This document shows, piece by piece, positions 8,698 to 18,299 of a stretch of DNA of 64,000 nucleotides. The notes under the pieces are model-generated. The model made no database searches. It was not told the DNA's origin and saw only the letters and a list, made by a program, of their open reading frames with translations. A program made the translations under genes and the position numbers. The stretch covers positions 288,001 to 352,000 of the forward strand of contig JAWAJB010000001.1 in NCBI GenBank assembly GCA_038888155.1. The letters are read 5' to 3'. The stretch's first letter is position 1. Every line of letters starts with the position of its first letter. This DNA is from Desulfurococcaceae archaeon (GTDB taxonomy: Archaea; Thermoproteota; Thermoprotei_A; Sulfolobales; Desulfurococcaceae).

Positions 8698-10167
8698 ATG
8701 CACTCTTTTTTAACCCCTCTTTCTTCAATGGAGAGGGCCTTGAAGATTAAGCTCAGACCATCTTTAACGCTAAAGCTAAAGAGAGCAAGTTCTTTGGCAC
8801 TCCTCCTTGGGAGAGGGGCAGAGAAGAGAGTTCAGCAGACCCTAGTTAGGGGATCTGAGGAGCCATTCAACGCCGTTACAAGCTACGGCATTGGCGCCTA
8901 CCTCGTCTCAATAGTTGAATCTGGGGGCAAACTCGAGTACGTAGTTCTACCCGTCTCAGAGCTAGAGGAGATGCGGAACGCTGTAAGCAAGAAGCTCGAC
9001 GACATAGTGCTGCTCTTGAGAAAAGGCAACGACCCCGGCGACATCCTATCCGCTGTCTTGAAAGTGCCGCGAAATAGAGTGGCCGATGCCCTGTATGTTC
9101 TTAGAACGTTAACGGGGTACGGCAAGCTGCAGGTTCTCCTCGACGACCCATACATTCAAGACATAAGCGCAGAGGGACCAGGCAGAATATGGATAAGGCA
9201 CTCCCTTGTGGAGGCGCTCAAGCCGGAGCAGGACTTCCTCCCCACTAACATCTACTTGAGCAGCGTTGAGGAAGTCGTAACGCTACAGCAAATCATAGCC
9301 ACTAAGTGCAACACGTACATCTCAACTTCCAACCCAATAGTTGACGCGCAGCTACCAACCCACGATGGAGGGCACAGGGCTCACTTGGTTTTCCCGACGA
9401 TATCTCAGAGCAGGCCCGAAATAGTCATTAGGAAGAGGTTGCCCCAGCCGCCTCGCCTAGATCAATTGGTTGACGCAGGAGTTTTGCCGAGAGCTGTTGC
9501 GGATTTATTCAGCTTAGTAATTAGAGGAAGAGGTTCCATAGTTATAGCTGGCCCGCCTGGCTCTGGCAAGACAACGCTGCTTCGGAGCGTGCTCTACAGC
9601 CTCACGCCGAAGACCTGGAAGGTAATAGTCATCGAGGATACAGGCGAGATTGATCCTCCCGCTGGGTCTCCGTGGACAAGGTACACTGCGTTCGAGCTCG
9701 GAGCAGTGAGGGTCGACCTATTTGACCTAGCCAAGGCCTCGTTGCGCTCGTCTGGGACGCGTTTAATAGTAGTGGGCGAGACGCGAGGGGCTGAAGCACA
9801 AGTCTTAAGCCAGGCGCTACTCGTGGGATTGGGGGCGCTCACTACTTTCCACGGCTCATCCCCAGAGGAAGTAATAGCCAGGCTCATGAGCCCTCCAATA
9901 GGCTTAACGCAGGGGCAGATAGGCATGTTCCACTATATCGCTGTCATGGGCTTTGGCGAGAAGCCCAGAAGGCAGCTAAAGCTCCTCTCTGAATTAGTTT
10001 ACAGCGCAAGCGAGAGCAAATTAAGCGCAAGAGCGCTTTGGAGGAGGGAGCAGGATGGATTAAACACATCGCTCGAGGACCTCGTCTCTAGGTCTGCTAG
10101 ATTTAATGAGCTGAAGGCGAGGCTCGAGGCACCGCAAAACAGCTCTCTGAGAGCAGAAGAAGGGTGA
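8698..10167 (+). CDS. Type II/IV secretion ATPase (TadA/VirB11/FlaI family)
   Basis: LLDDPYIQDI, GPPGSGKTT, IEDTGEI, VVGETRGAE, TTFHG. Confidence 0.9.
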   Translation: MHSFLTPLSSMERALKIKLRPSLTLKLKRASSLALLLGRGAEKRVQQTLVRGSEEPFNAVTSYGIGAYLVSIVESGGKLEYVVLPVSELEEMRNAVSKKLDDIVLLLRKGNDPGDILSAVLKVPRNRVADALYVLRTLTGYGKLQVLLDDPYIQDISAEGPGRIWIRHSLVEALKPEQDFLPTNIYLSSVEEVVTLQQIIATKCNTYISTSNPIVDAQLPTHDGGHRAHLVFPTISQSRPEIVIRKRLPQPPRLDQLVDAGVLPRAVADLFSLVIRGRGSIVIAGPPGSGKTTLLRSVLYSLTPKTWKVIVIEDTGEIDPPAGSPWTRYTAFELGAVRVDLFDLAKASLRSSGTRLIVVGETRGAEAQVLSQALLVGLGALTTFHGSSPEEVIARLMSPPIGLTQGQIGMFHYIAVMGFGEKPRRQLKLLSELVYSASESKLSARALWRREQDGLNTSLEDLVSRSARFNELKARLEAPQNSSLRAEEG

Positions 10168-11621
10168 TGCCTATCCTCGCGGGACTTGAGGAGAAGTACA
10201 AGCGCATTGTCGCAACTGCGAACCCCAATGTTGGGAAGTACGCGAGTGCTCCAAGGGAGCTCCGCCTTGCGATCATCTCATCTGTAGTGCTGTTATCGTC
10301 AACTGCCGCACTACACTGCGCAGGCGCACTAGACTTCTCTAATCCACTAGTAGCTGTTATTGTAGCGGCCTTGCCTGCTGTCCTGTGGCTCAAGGTAGCT
10401 GACACTGTTGCAGGCGTCTCATCGCTGCGCAGAAAGGTAGAGGAAGAGCTAGCCTTTCTCGTTGTGGCTTCAGCCGCTGTGAGCAAGACTGGACTAGAGC
10501 TAGCTGAGATGTTGAAATACGCAGCGAGCAGCAAGGTGTTTAGGGGCGTTAAGGCTCTCGGAGAGCGGTTTGCTCAACTAAGTAGTCTCTTTGGGGCTAA
10601 CCAAGCAATGCACGCGCTTTCTAGAATAGCTAGCGGCAAGGCCAGGCTACTGCTCACTGAGTACGCTGCATCCCTATCGGCGGGCACAGCTCTCTACCTT
10701 CTCAGAGATCGCGCGGGGGAATTCGTGAGGGCCGCAGCTTTAGATGCAGATAGGGCTGTTCAATCGAGGGCTGCCCTTGGATTAGTGCTAACTACTATCT
10801 TCGGCGTTGCCCCAAGCCTATTCAGCGGCATGCTAATGCTTCAGGGCATTGGAGTGGAGGGAAACATAGCTGAGCCAGGAATTGAAGCCTACGCGTACTC
10901 TTTAGCGATTGCGGCTTTCTCGCCCCTAGTTTTAGCGATGATACCTGGCTACCCGCTCTCAATGAGCGTCGTTTTAGACAAGAGGCTAGTTAAGTTGCTG
11001 AACGCCCTGACTGCCGCTGGGACTGCCCTGCTAGCTCTACCAGCCGTTGCGCTTGTCATCAACGGAAGCGAATTTAAGGGCAGCGCCCTCAAGCTTGCCC
11101 CTATATCTATAGCGCTGGGCTCGGCGGGATTTGCCTTAATCCTATCGGCTATGTTTACCTCTAGAGTAGATGCCTCAGTTGAAGAAATGCTGAACCACGT
11201 GAGGGTGTGGCGCAGCTTGCACCTCTACAGGCCCAGCGCTCTCGAGAGAGAGGAGAGGAGGGGGGCGAGGCTCTGGACCGCAGACTACCTAGCAGAGGCC
11301 TTGAGCTTCTTCAGGCAAGTTGGCGACTGCGATCCAGCAGTCTTCGAGCTGCTCGCAATGTATGTCCACGAGTGCAAGCGCTCGGCGAAGAAGTGCCTTC
11401 AAACTCTCGCGGTAATGCTAGCAGTAGTTCTCATTTCACCTGCTATGAATGCTTCTATGTTGAGCTTAGGCGCTAGGGCATTCCCGCAGTACATCCTGCT
11501 TGGGTATTTATCGAGCGTTGCCTATGGATTTATTGCGAGCAAGGTAGCTCTAGGGGAGAGCAAGAGCACTCTCCTCCCCGCTCTTTCAGCTCTAATCTTC
11601 GCCCTAGTTGCTCCAGATTGA
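10164..11621 (+). CDS. TadC/FlaJ-like membrane platform protein
   Basis: Multi-TM protein coupled to the ATPase by a GTGA overlap; RRKVEEELAF matches the T2SSF-type pattern. Confidence 0.65.
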   Translation: MMPILAGLEEKYKRIVATANPNVGKYASAPRELRLAIISSVVLLSSTAALHCAGALDFSNPLVAVIVAALPAVLWLKVADTVAGVSSLRRKVEEELAFLVVASAAVSKTGLELAEMLKYAASSKVFRGVKALGERFAQLSSLFGANQAMHALSRIASGKARLLLTEYAASLSAGTALYLLRDRAGEFVRAAALDADRAVQSRAALGLVLTTIFGVAPSLFSGMLMLQGIGVEGNIAEPGIEAYAYSLAIAAFSPLVLAMIPGYPLSMSVVLDKRLVKLLNALTAAGTALLALPAVALVINGSEFKGSALKLAPISIALGSAGFALILSAMFTSRVDASVEEMLNHVRVWRSLHLYRPSALEREERRGARLWTADYLAEALSFFRQVGDCDPAVFELLAMYVHECKRSAKKCLQTLAVMLAVVLISPAMNASMLSLGARAFPQYILLGYLSSVAYGFIASKVALGESKSTLLPALSALIFALVAPD

Positions 11622-11675
11622 GTGGCAGGCGAGATCGCGTGTGCTCTGCTGATCTCCAGCCAGATAATTAAAGAG

Positions 11676-11753
11676 TGGTGCGGCGGCCGGGATTTGAACC
11701 CGGGATCTCCGGCGTGGCAGGCCGGCGTCCTAGACCAGCTAGACTACCGCCGC
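11676..11753 (-). tRNA. tRNA-Gly(GCC), intronless, CCA encoded
   Basis: GCGGCGG acceptor stem, anticodon arm CCGGC-CTGCCAC-GCCGG, GGTTCAAATCC T-arm. Confidence 0.97.
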
Positions 11754-11890
11754 GCCATGTTTAAACTAGTAATTGAAGCGCTTTAAAAGTTTACCTCTCA
11801 GCGCCCTTGCCGCAACAACTACTGCCGAGAAAATCGAGGGGACACACATAAATACCTCAAGAGAACTTTGGTTTTATCTAGGTGCTATTT

Positions 11891-12940
11891 ATGGCTAGAG
11901 CCCCCGTGCGCGTTGTAGTTAACGGCTACGGAGTTATAGGCAAGAGAGTTGCTGACGCCGTTATGCGCCAACCAGACATGAAGCTAGCTGGCGTTTCAGA
12001 TGTAGCTGCTGACTGGAGAATTAAGGTAGCCGCAACGAGGGGAATTCCCATTTACGCGTCCTTAGCTGAGAAAGCCCCAGAGATGGCCAAGAGAGGGCTA
12101 AAGGTAGAGGGAACCCTTGAGGAGCTCCTCAAGAGCGGCTCAGTTGATGTAGTAGTGGACTGCACTCCTGGTGGCATTGGAGCTAAGAACAAGTCACTTT
12201 ACGAGAAGTACGGAGTTAAGGCTGTTTTCCAAGGAGGCGAGAAACACGAAGTCGCTGGCACTTCCTTTGTCGCCCAGAGAAACTACAGCGAATCCCTAGG
12301 AAAGCAGTTCACTAGAGTAGTTAGCTGCAACACGACGGCTATCTGCAGAGTAATAGGGGGAATTCACGAAAAGATAGGCGTGAAGAAAGCCAGAGTAGCG
12401 ATATTTAGGAGAGCTGTTGACGTTTGGGAGTCGAGTAGAGCTGGAATAATGAACACTGTTGTCCCAGAGCTACGCGTTCCCTCCCACCAAGGACCTGACG
12501 TCCAAACTGTCATAAAGGGCCTAGACATAGTGACTATGGCGGCTAAGGGTAGCCACAACTTATACCACCTCCACATGGCAATGGCTGAAGTGAGAGCAAA
12601 GACTACGCGCGAGGAAGTTTTAAGGGCAATTGAGGAAGAGCCTAGAGTGATATTCGTGAGCGGCGAGGACGGCTTCGAAGGGCTTAACTCTATATTCGAG
12701 CTCTCTAGGGATCTTGGGCGCCCTCGCGGAGATCTCTACGAAATACCCGTCTGGGCGGACAGCGTTTCAGTTTCGCGTGACGGAGCAGAAGTATACTTGA
12801 TCTGGGCTACTCCTAACGAGTCAAACGTAATTCCCGAAAACGTAGACGCCATTAGGGCCCTCACAGAGATTGAGGCTAGCGCTAAAGCTTCTATAGCGAA
12901 AACTGACAGCTACCTCGGCGTTTTGAAGAAAGTCTACTGA
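11891..12940 (+). CDS. gap: Glyceraldehyde-3-phosphate dehydrogenase, archaeal type II
   Basis: VNGYGVIGKRVADAV, VVSCNTT, SHQGPDV, VIPENVDAIRA. Confidence 0.95.
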   Translation: MARAPVRVVVNGYGVIGKRVADAVMRQPDMKLAGVSDVAADWRIKVAATRGIPIYASLAEKAPEMAKRGLKVEGTLEELLKSGSVDVVVDCTPGGIGAKNKSLYEKYGVKAVFQGGEKHEVAGTSFVAQRNYSESLGKQFTRVVSCNTTAICRVIGGIHEKIGVKKARVAIFRRAVDVWESSRAGIMNTVVPELRVPSHQGPDVQTVIKGLDIVTMAAKGSHNLYHLHMAMAEVRAKTTREEVLRAIEEEPRVIFVSGEDGFEGLNSIFELSRDLGRPRGDLYEIPVWADSVSVSRDGAEVYLIWATPNESNVIPENVDAIRALTEIEASAKASIAKTDSYLGVLKKVY

Positions 12941-13118
12941 TTGTAGGGCGCTTAAGCTCTAAGCTCACAAGACAAGCTCGATAAACCAAACTTTTTAAGT
13001 CCAGTTGAGCGAGCAGAGCTTCCTTGAACTAAATGATAATGATCTTACTTTAAGCGGGCAATTTAGGGCTTTACTGCGCTGTTTACCTATATAAACTCAG
13101 CCTGCGCTTAGGGATTTA

Positions 13119-14060
13119 GTGGTGTTTAGTGCTATGAAGCGCGCTTTATCTCTACCTGGCATTGAAGTACATGAAGTCCCAGTGGGACTAGAGCCGCACC
13201 CAGAGCTCATAAAGGCGTACATATTCCTCGACGTAGACTCAAAGATCATGCTACTCGCAGACCCAGGCCCGCTTTCGAGCTACAACGCAGTTAGAGGCGG
13301 AGTTGAGGTGTTCCTCGACAAGGGCTACGAGCTTCCATCTATCCTAATTACGCACATACACATAGATCACTACGGAGCTGCTACTCGCCTCGCAAAGGAG
13401 CTCGGCGCAAAAGTTCTCCTACACCCTAGAGCAGTTAAGCACGTAGCAGAGCCGTCGAAGCTGTGGGCTTCCTCTTTAGAGGTAATGGGCAACAGGGCGA
13501 ACGAGTACGGCAAGCCGTACCCGCTCGAAGAAGAGCTCGTGAGGCCTGTCAACGACGGAGAGCTACTTAAGTGGGGAAGAGTGCAGGTAGAGACATTACA
13601 CACCCCTGGCCACGCCCCCCACCACCAAGTGTACATTTTAAACGACATCCTGCTCGTCTCTGGCGACGCCGCTGGAGGCTATAACAGGGACTTAGACGTA
13701 GTCTTCACGACCTCTCCGCCTGGCTTGCGGCTAGACCTCTACATGGAGTCTCTTGACAAAATTGAGGCCAAGGGCTTTAAGTACTTAGCAGTAACTCACA
13801 TGGACATCGCCGAGAAGGGAAAAGAGGCGCTCAAGAGGCACCGCAGGCAGATGGAGGCGTGGAGGCAGAAAGTCTCTGAGCTATTGGGCAGGGGCGTTGA
13901 GCCTAAATTGGCGGATCTCCTCGAAGTCGACGCAGAGCTATCCCGCTACATGGAGTCCTTGAGAAAAACGGGCTTGTACCCCTCCATTGAAGGCACAATT
14001 AAGAGCGGCTTTGTAGCAGTAGTAATGGAAGTTCGCAGATTAATGAGCTCTCAGGGCTAA
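13119..14060 (+). CDS. MBL-fold metallo-hydrolase
   Basis: THIHIDHYG, TPGHAPHH, GDA. Confidence 0.9.
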   Translation: MVFSAMKRALSLPGIEVHEVPVGLEPHPELIKAYIFLDVDSKIMLLADPGPLSSYNAVRGGVEVFLDKGYELPSILITHIHIDHYGAATRLAKELGAKVLLHPRAVKHVAEPSKLWASSLEVMGNRANEYGKPYPLEEELVRPVNDGELLKWGRVQVETLHTPGHAPHHQVYILNDILLVSGDAAGGYNRDLDVVFTTSPPGLRLDLYMESLDKIEAKGFKYLAVTHMDIAEKGKEALKRHRRQMEAWRQKVSELLGRGVEPKLADLLEVDAELSRYMESLRKTGLYPSIEGTIKSGFVAVVMEVRRLMSSQG

Positions 14061-14172
14061 GCGCGAGAGGATAGAGGCAAGGTCTTCATTGAAATAAAAA
14101 CAAGTGCACAGCTTTAGGTATTTAGGGTCTCCTCTCCTAGCAAATGCGAGCTCTCACTGGATTCCCTACGCG

Positions 14173-14790
14173 CTACTTGGCTTTTAATCTCTTAACTAGG
14201 CTCTCCAGCTTCTCTAGGCCGCTCTCCAGCAGCGGGTCCCCGTGGCCTGGCATTACGTGCTTGAACTTGTAGCTCAGCAACTTCGCAATAGACTCCCTGT
14301 TTTTAGCGGGATCTTGAGTGTACTGTTGATCTACCTCGTGTAGCTCTTTGTTCTCTTCGTATACTAAGTCCCCTACAAATAGGGCCTCCCTCTCTAAGTC
14401 TAAGTAGCAAGCGCTTCCAGGGGTATGCCCTGGTGAGTGAATAACTTGAAAACCGGCTATAACGTCTCCGTGGCTGAGCAGTATATCAGCGGAAACTCCC
14501 TCCTTGCTCAGCAGCTCTTCTTCGTCTTTGTGTGCGGCTACTTTAGCCCCAGTGTACTCCTTTAGCCTCGGCAACCCATTTATGTGATCCCAGTGATAGT
14601 GAGTTACCAGTATGTACTTCACCTGGTTAGGCTTCAAGCCCAGGCTCTCAATGCTAGATATCACTAGCGGCGGGTCCTGCTGAGAGCCAGCGTCAATTAA
14701 GACGTAGCCACCTTGTTTTGCAACGAGGTAGATGTTCGATATCTCCCCCCTAATGAGGAAGACTCCCTTTAAGACTTCCACTAGTGTCAC
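14173..14790 (-). CDS. MBL-fold metallo-hydrolase (glyoxalase II-like)
   Basis: THYHWDH, SPGHTPGS, GD, PGHG. Confidence 0.9.
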   Translation of the reverse strand: MTLVEVLKGVFLIRGEISNIYLVAKQGGYVLIDAGSQQDPPLVISSIESLGLKPNQVKYILVTHYHWDHINGLPRLKEYTGAKVAAHKDEEELLSKEGVSADILLSHGDVIAGFQVIHSPGHTPGSACYLDLEREALFVGDLVYEENKELHEVDQQYTQDPAKNRESIAKLLSYKFKHVMPGHGDPLLESGLEKLESLVKRLKAK

Positions 14791-14937
14791 CCAAGAGTAT
14801 GTATGTAGAGAGGGAAAATATCCTTGCTGGGAGTTAGCGCTCAGTTGACTTGCGCAGTCCGGGCGCTCGAGGCTAGATGCCTCTAATTTGAGCAGATTTA
14901 AATAGACTTGTCGCCCTATATTTTAAGCGGTGTCGGG

Positions 14938-15291
14938 ATGTATATTCCTTCATCAGCTCTATACGTTAAGGGGAGCTTGAGCAACACCGAGAGGGGATTT
15001 AAGTTCACCCTCAAGAACACGCTAGTTGACGCAACTATATTGGGCCCAATTAGCCTCGTAGTAGACGGGAAGTCCGTAGAGCAGGGCAAAATAAAGGTGA
15101 TCTCCCAGGGAAAGGAAATGGCTAACTCTGAGATATCAGCGGCAAACCCCACGGTGTTCTACATCAACATGCCCGTCGAGGTAATCGTTGAGGGCGCTAA
15201 GCTCGAGCCTGGAGAGCACGTAATTGTAGTTGAGACCCCTACAGTGTACGGCGTCGTGAAGTTTGAGATCAAAGATCAAGTTACAACATAA
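14938..15291 (+). CDS. Hypothetical beta-rich protein
   Basis: LYVKGSLSNTERGFKFTLKN; ATG preceded by a GGTG RBS and a TATA-like box. Confidence 0.65.
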   Translation: MYIPSSALYVKGSLSNTERGFKFTLKNTLVDATILGPISLVVDGKSVEQGKIKVISQGKEMANSEISAANPTVFYINMPVEVIVEGAKLEPGEHVIVVETPTVYGVVKFEIKDQVTT

Positions 15292-15521
15292 GCGCAACTG
15301 TCCATTAGTATAAAATAGAAAGCCCCGAAGGCCTGAGGATCCTTTATATATTTTTTGCTTCCCATTTACCTCGGGCAAAGCGCGCCCACGAGCCCATTTT
15401 ATGCCCTCACGCTTGCATATGTCTTCTGCACAGAGTTTAATTGCCTTTAACATCTCAAAGGGCAACTTAAATATAAGCTGTAGGCCCTATAACCTATCCT
15501 GTTTGTGCAGGTGCAAGCTTT

Positions 15522-16862
15522 ATGGAGAGCAGGATTAAAGAGAGAGCTCTAAGCCTCCTCGAAGACCTAGTGTCCTTCAACACAGTGAATGACCCCGCTA
15601 GGGGCATTAAGCCAAGCGACGAGCTCCCCAAGTATATTGTCTCGTGGCTCGAGCAGAACGGCATAACTTCTGAGATCGTGGAGTCCAATGGCTACTACAG
15701 CGTGTTAGGCTTCTTGGGCCCAAAGCCGCCGTGCTTAGGCTACTTTGCTCACTTTGACACCGTCCCCGTAGTTAGAGAGAGGTGGAGATATGACCCATTC
15801 AAGTTAACAGTTGAGGGCAACAGGGCTTACGGCCGCGGATCATTCGATGACAAAGCCAATGTAGTCGCTATAATGGTTGCGCTCAGCGAGCTAGCCAAAG
15901 AGCCACTAGAGTGCGGAATAGTTTTCTCATTTAACGGCGACGAGGAAATAGGCGGCAGCAACGGCGCTTACATTATAGCTCAAGCCCTCAAATCCCAGGG
16001 GCTTTTGCCGAAATACCTAGTAAACGGCGATGGACTAGACTTAGCTCCAATTGTTAGGAGGAGGAAGATATTCACAGTAGAGCTGACCCTTCCCTCCAAG
16101 AAGAGAGGGATGAGGGGGACAGTTAAGAGGGCGAAGTTCGCAGCTAACTACCCTATCTCTCAGCACGCTCACGCAGCGTACTTCGTTGGCGGAGTTGACT
16201 CGCACCCGCTGATAGCTGCCTCTGTTTTAGCTAGGGAGAGCAAGGCCTACGCCTTAAGGCTCACTGGGAAATTCGTGAAGTCTAATGCAATTCCACCAGA
16301 AGTTGAACTAGAGTACTTAATCCCAGACCCCAACGGCAATGAAGTTGAAGTAGACGAGGGGCTAACTCAGCTGCTCAAGGCAGTTTTGCCGCTGTCTAGG
16401 GCGCCTGTTAAGACGAGCATTATCAGCGACTACGGCGTTTCAATTACTCCAAACTTCTACCAGCTCGAGGAAAGCAAGCACAAACTAGTGATTGACGTAA
16501 GGGCTATGGCTACACTGAGCGACGTAGAGGATGCCTTTAAGGCAGTAGTTGAGAGCGTTATACCCGAGGCAAAAGTCAAGGTAGAGACTGACCCTGGAGG
16601 CTGCTTAAATACTTCCCCGAGGTCAACCCTCGTGAGGGCAACGCTCAGCGCCATACAAGAGCTGGGCGATCAGGCCTCGCCGTTTGAAGCCGCTGGAGCT
16701 AGCGACTCTAGGTACTTCGTGCCGCTGGGCGTAGAGGCTATAGACTTAGGCCCGCGAGGCGGAGGGGTCCACGGCGACGATGAATACGTGGAAGTAGACT
16801 CGCTTGTAAAGCTAACCCAAATATACTACAAACTGCCTAAATACCTATGCAAGCACTGCTGA
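15522..16862 (+). CDS. M20/M25/M40 family metallopeptidase (ArgE/DapE-like)
   Basis: AHFDTVP, YGRGSFDDK, DEEIGG, HGDDEYV. Confidence 0.9.
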   Translation: MESRIKERALSLLEDLVSFNTVNDPARGIKPSDELPKYIVSWLEQNGITSEIVESNGYYSVLGFLGPKPPCLGYFAHFDTVPVVRERWRYDPFKLTVEGNRAYGRGSFDDKANVVAIMVALSELAKEPLECGIVFSFNGDEEIGGSNGAYIIAQALKSQGLLPKYLVNGDGLDLAPIVRRRKIFTVELTLPSKKRGMRGTVKRAKFAANYPISQHAHAAYFVGGVDSHPLIAASVLARESKAYALRLTGKFVKSNAIPPEVELEYLIPDPNGNEVEVDEGLTQLLKAVLPLSRAPVKTSIISDYGVSITPNFYQLEESKHKLVIDVRAMATLSDVEDAFKAVVESVIPEAKVKVETDPGGCLNTSPRSTLVRATLSAIQELGDQASPFEAAGASDSRYFVPLGVEAIDLGPRGGGVHGDDEYVEVDSLVKLTQIYYKLPKYLCKHC

Positions 16863-17006
16863 CATTTGGCAGTGAAGCGCTCTAGAGCAAAATTTTTTAA
16901 CGCTCCTCGGTGTGGGCAGCATCACGCTTAAGTTTTAGGCTGAAGTGCTAGGAGCCCAAGTAGAGCTAAGTGAAACGTTAAAAAAAGTCAGCTTACTGAG
17001 CGCCCT

Positions 17007-17840
17007 CTATTGCTGGGTCAGGATATAAGTTGCTATCTCCTCGGCTGTAGCAACCCATACGTCTTGCCTGTTTCTCGTAATGTATGTTAGGAACTCATCG
17101 AGGGCTTTTGCCCTTGACGGCTGGCCTATTTGCTGGGGGTGGCCTATGAACATTAGGTACAAGCTCTCGCTGCATATAACATCAAGCTCGTCGATCCAGA
17201 CCTGCAGCGCTGTTCTCGGGCTCTCGGGGCCCGTCCGCCTATACTCTAGCGGTGGGAAGTAGTTAAACCCGAAGTACACCCAGTCGTCCATAACCCACCT
17301 GAAAGGGAGCTCAACTATTCTTCCAGCGGGGGTTTTAATGATATACGGCAGGTCGTCGTCCATCATGCTGCTATCGTAGACCATTTTGTTCTTAGCTATT
17401 AGCTCGTGAGTCTTCTCCCCGAGGCCTTCTCCTGGAGACCTGTACCCCGCAGGCCTAACCCCGAACGCTCTCTCGAGGGCCTCTATCCCTCTTTTGAACT
17501 CTTCTTCCTCCATCTCGGGCGTAAGCCTTGACGGGACAATGTGATTGTGGCCGTGGTGAGCGATCTCGTGTCCGTCCCTCAATATGCCCATGAGAGTGTC
17601 CCTGTATTTTTCAGCTACTACTCCCGGTATGAAGAAGGTGGCCTTGATGCCGTGCTTTCTCAGTATGCTCAGCACTCGCCCTATCCCCCTTTTAATTTCG
17701 TAAATCCCCTGCGAAAGTACTACTGGCTCATCCCTCTCTATGTTGTTCCTCCTGAGGATCTGCCTCCAAGAAATATCTGCGTCGACGTCAAAGCTTATGC
17801 AGACAGCGCACTTCTTACTGCCGGGCCACTTAAGGCTCAT
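17007..17840 (-). CDS. Polysaccharide deacetylase (CE4, PuuE-like)
   Basis: SFDVDA, ATFFIPG, HEIAHHGHNH, GYRSP, YDSS. Confidence 0.9.
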   Translation of the reverse strand: MSLKWPGSKKCAVCISFDVDADISWRQILRRNNIERDEPVVLSQGIYEIKRGIGRVLSILRKHGIKATFFIPGVVAEKYRDTLMGILRDGHEIAHHGHNHIVPSRLTPEMEEEEFKRGIEALERAFGVRPAGYRSPGEGLGEKTHELIAKNKMVYDSSMMDDDLPYIIKTPAGRIVELPFRWVMDDWVYFGFNYFPPLEYRRTGPESPRTALQVWIDELDVICSESLYLMFIGHPQQIGQPSRAKALDEFLTYITRNRQDVWVATAEEIATYILTQQ

Positions 17841-17937
17841 TTATTTCCCCTGCTTTCATATGGGGCAAGTGAGATATAAAGCCTGCAGCAGTGGTGGGTA
17901 AAATGGAGTAGCAAATCCTAGGGCTGCTAAGCTGGAG

Positions 17938-17984
17938 GGCTTGCAACCGAGAGGCCCCGCGTTCAAATCCCGGCCGGTCCACCA
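17938..17984 (+). tRNA. 3' half only of tRNA-Ala(TGC) (att-site relic or split-tRNA half)
   Basis: GG-CTTGCAA-CCGAG-AGGC-CCGCG-TTCAAAT-CCCGG-CCGGTCC-ACCA. No 5' half upstream, and a C:C mismatch in the T-stem. Confidence 0.75.
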
Positions 17985-18045
17985 CACTCTTACTCAGTTC
18001 CTTTAGTTCCTGCCTGAGGTTATCCACAACGTATTGGGCTATGCG
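17938..18045 (-). pseudogene. Int(N)-like integrase fragment reading through the tRNA half
   Basis: RIAQYVVDNLRQELKELSKSVVDRPGFERGASRLQ. VDRPGFE is the antisense translation of the tRNA 3' end, as in SSV-type integrases. Confidence 0.5.
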
Positions 18046-18299
18046 TCAGAGTGTGCGTGGGGTCCATGCATGGATAACTGTTATCCCTGACTGTACTGCT
18101 TGGTGCGTCTCTGGGAGTCAGCCCTTAGTGGGATTTATCATAGCAGTACTGTTAATTATCATCGGATCGTACTTCTATCGTGCTAGAGAAAGAGAAGTTT
18201 TATTAACTCATTAAGATATGGTCTCTCTGATTAGAAGTTTTGTTGTGTTATCTAAAAATAAATTAAAGACGAGATTATTTTGATTATGTTGTTGTTTGT

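Noticed and set aside
1-11675. Duplicate of the tRNA-Gly 3' end (att site) delimiting the left island
   Set aside because: No second copy or integrase was found in the window, so integration at tRNA-Gly is unproven; the island may extend beyond position 1.
18020-18028. TTATCCACA, a perfect bacterial DnaA box
   Set aside because: Single copy in an archaeal genome, inside the Int(N)-like frame; most likely chance.
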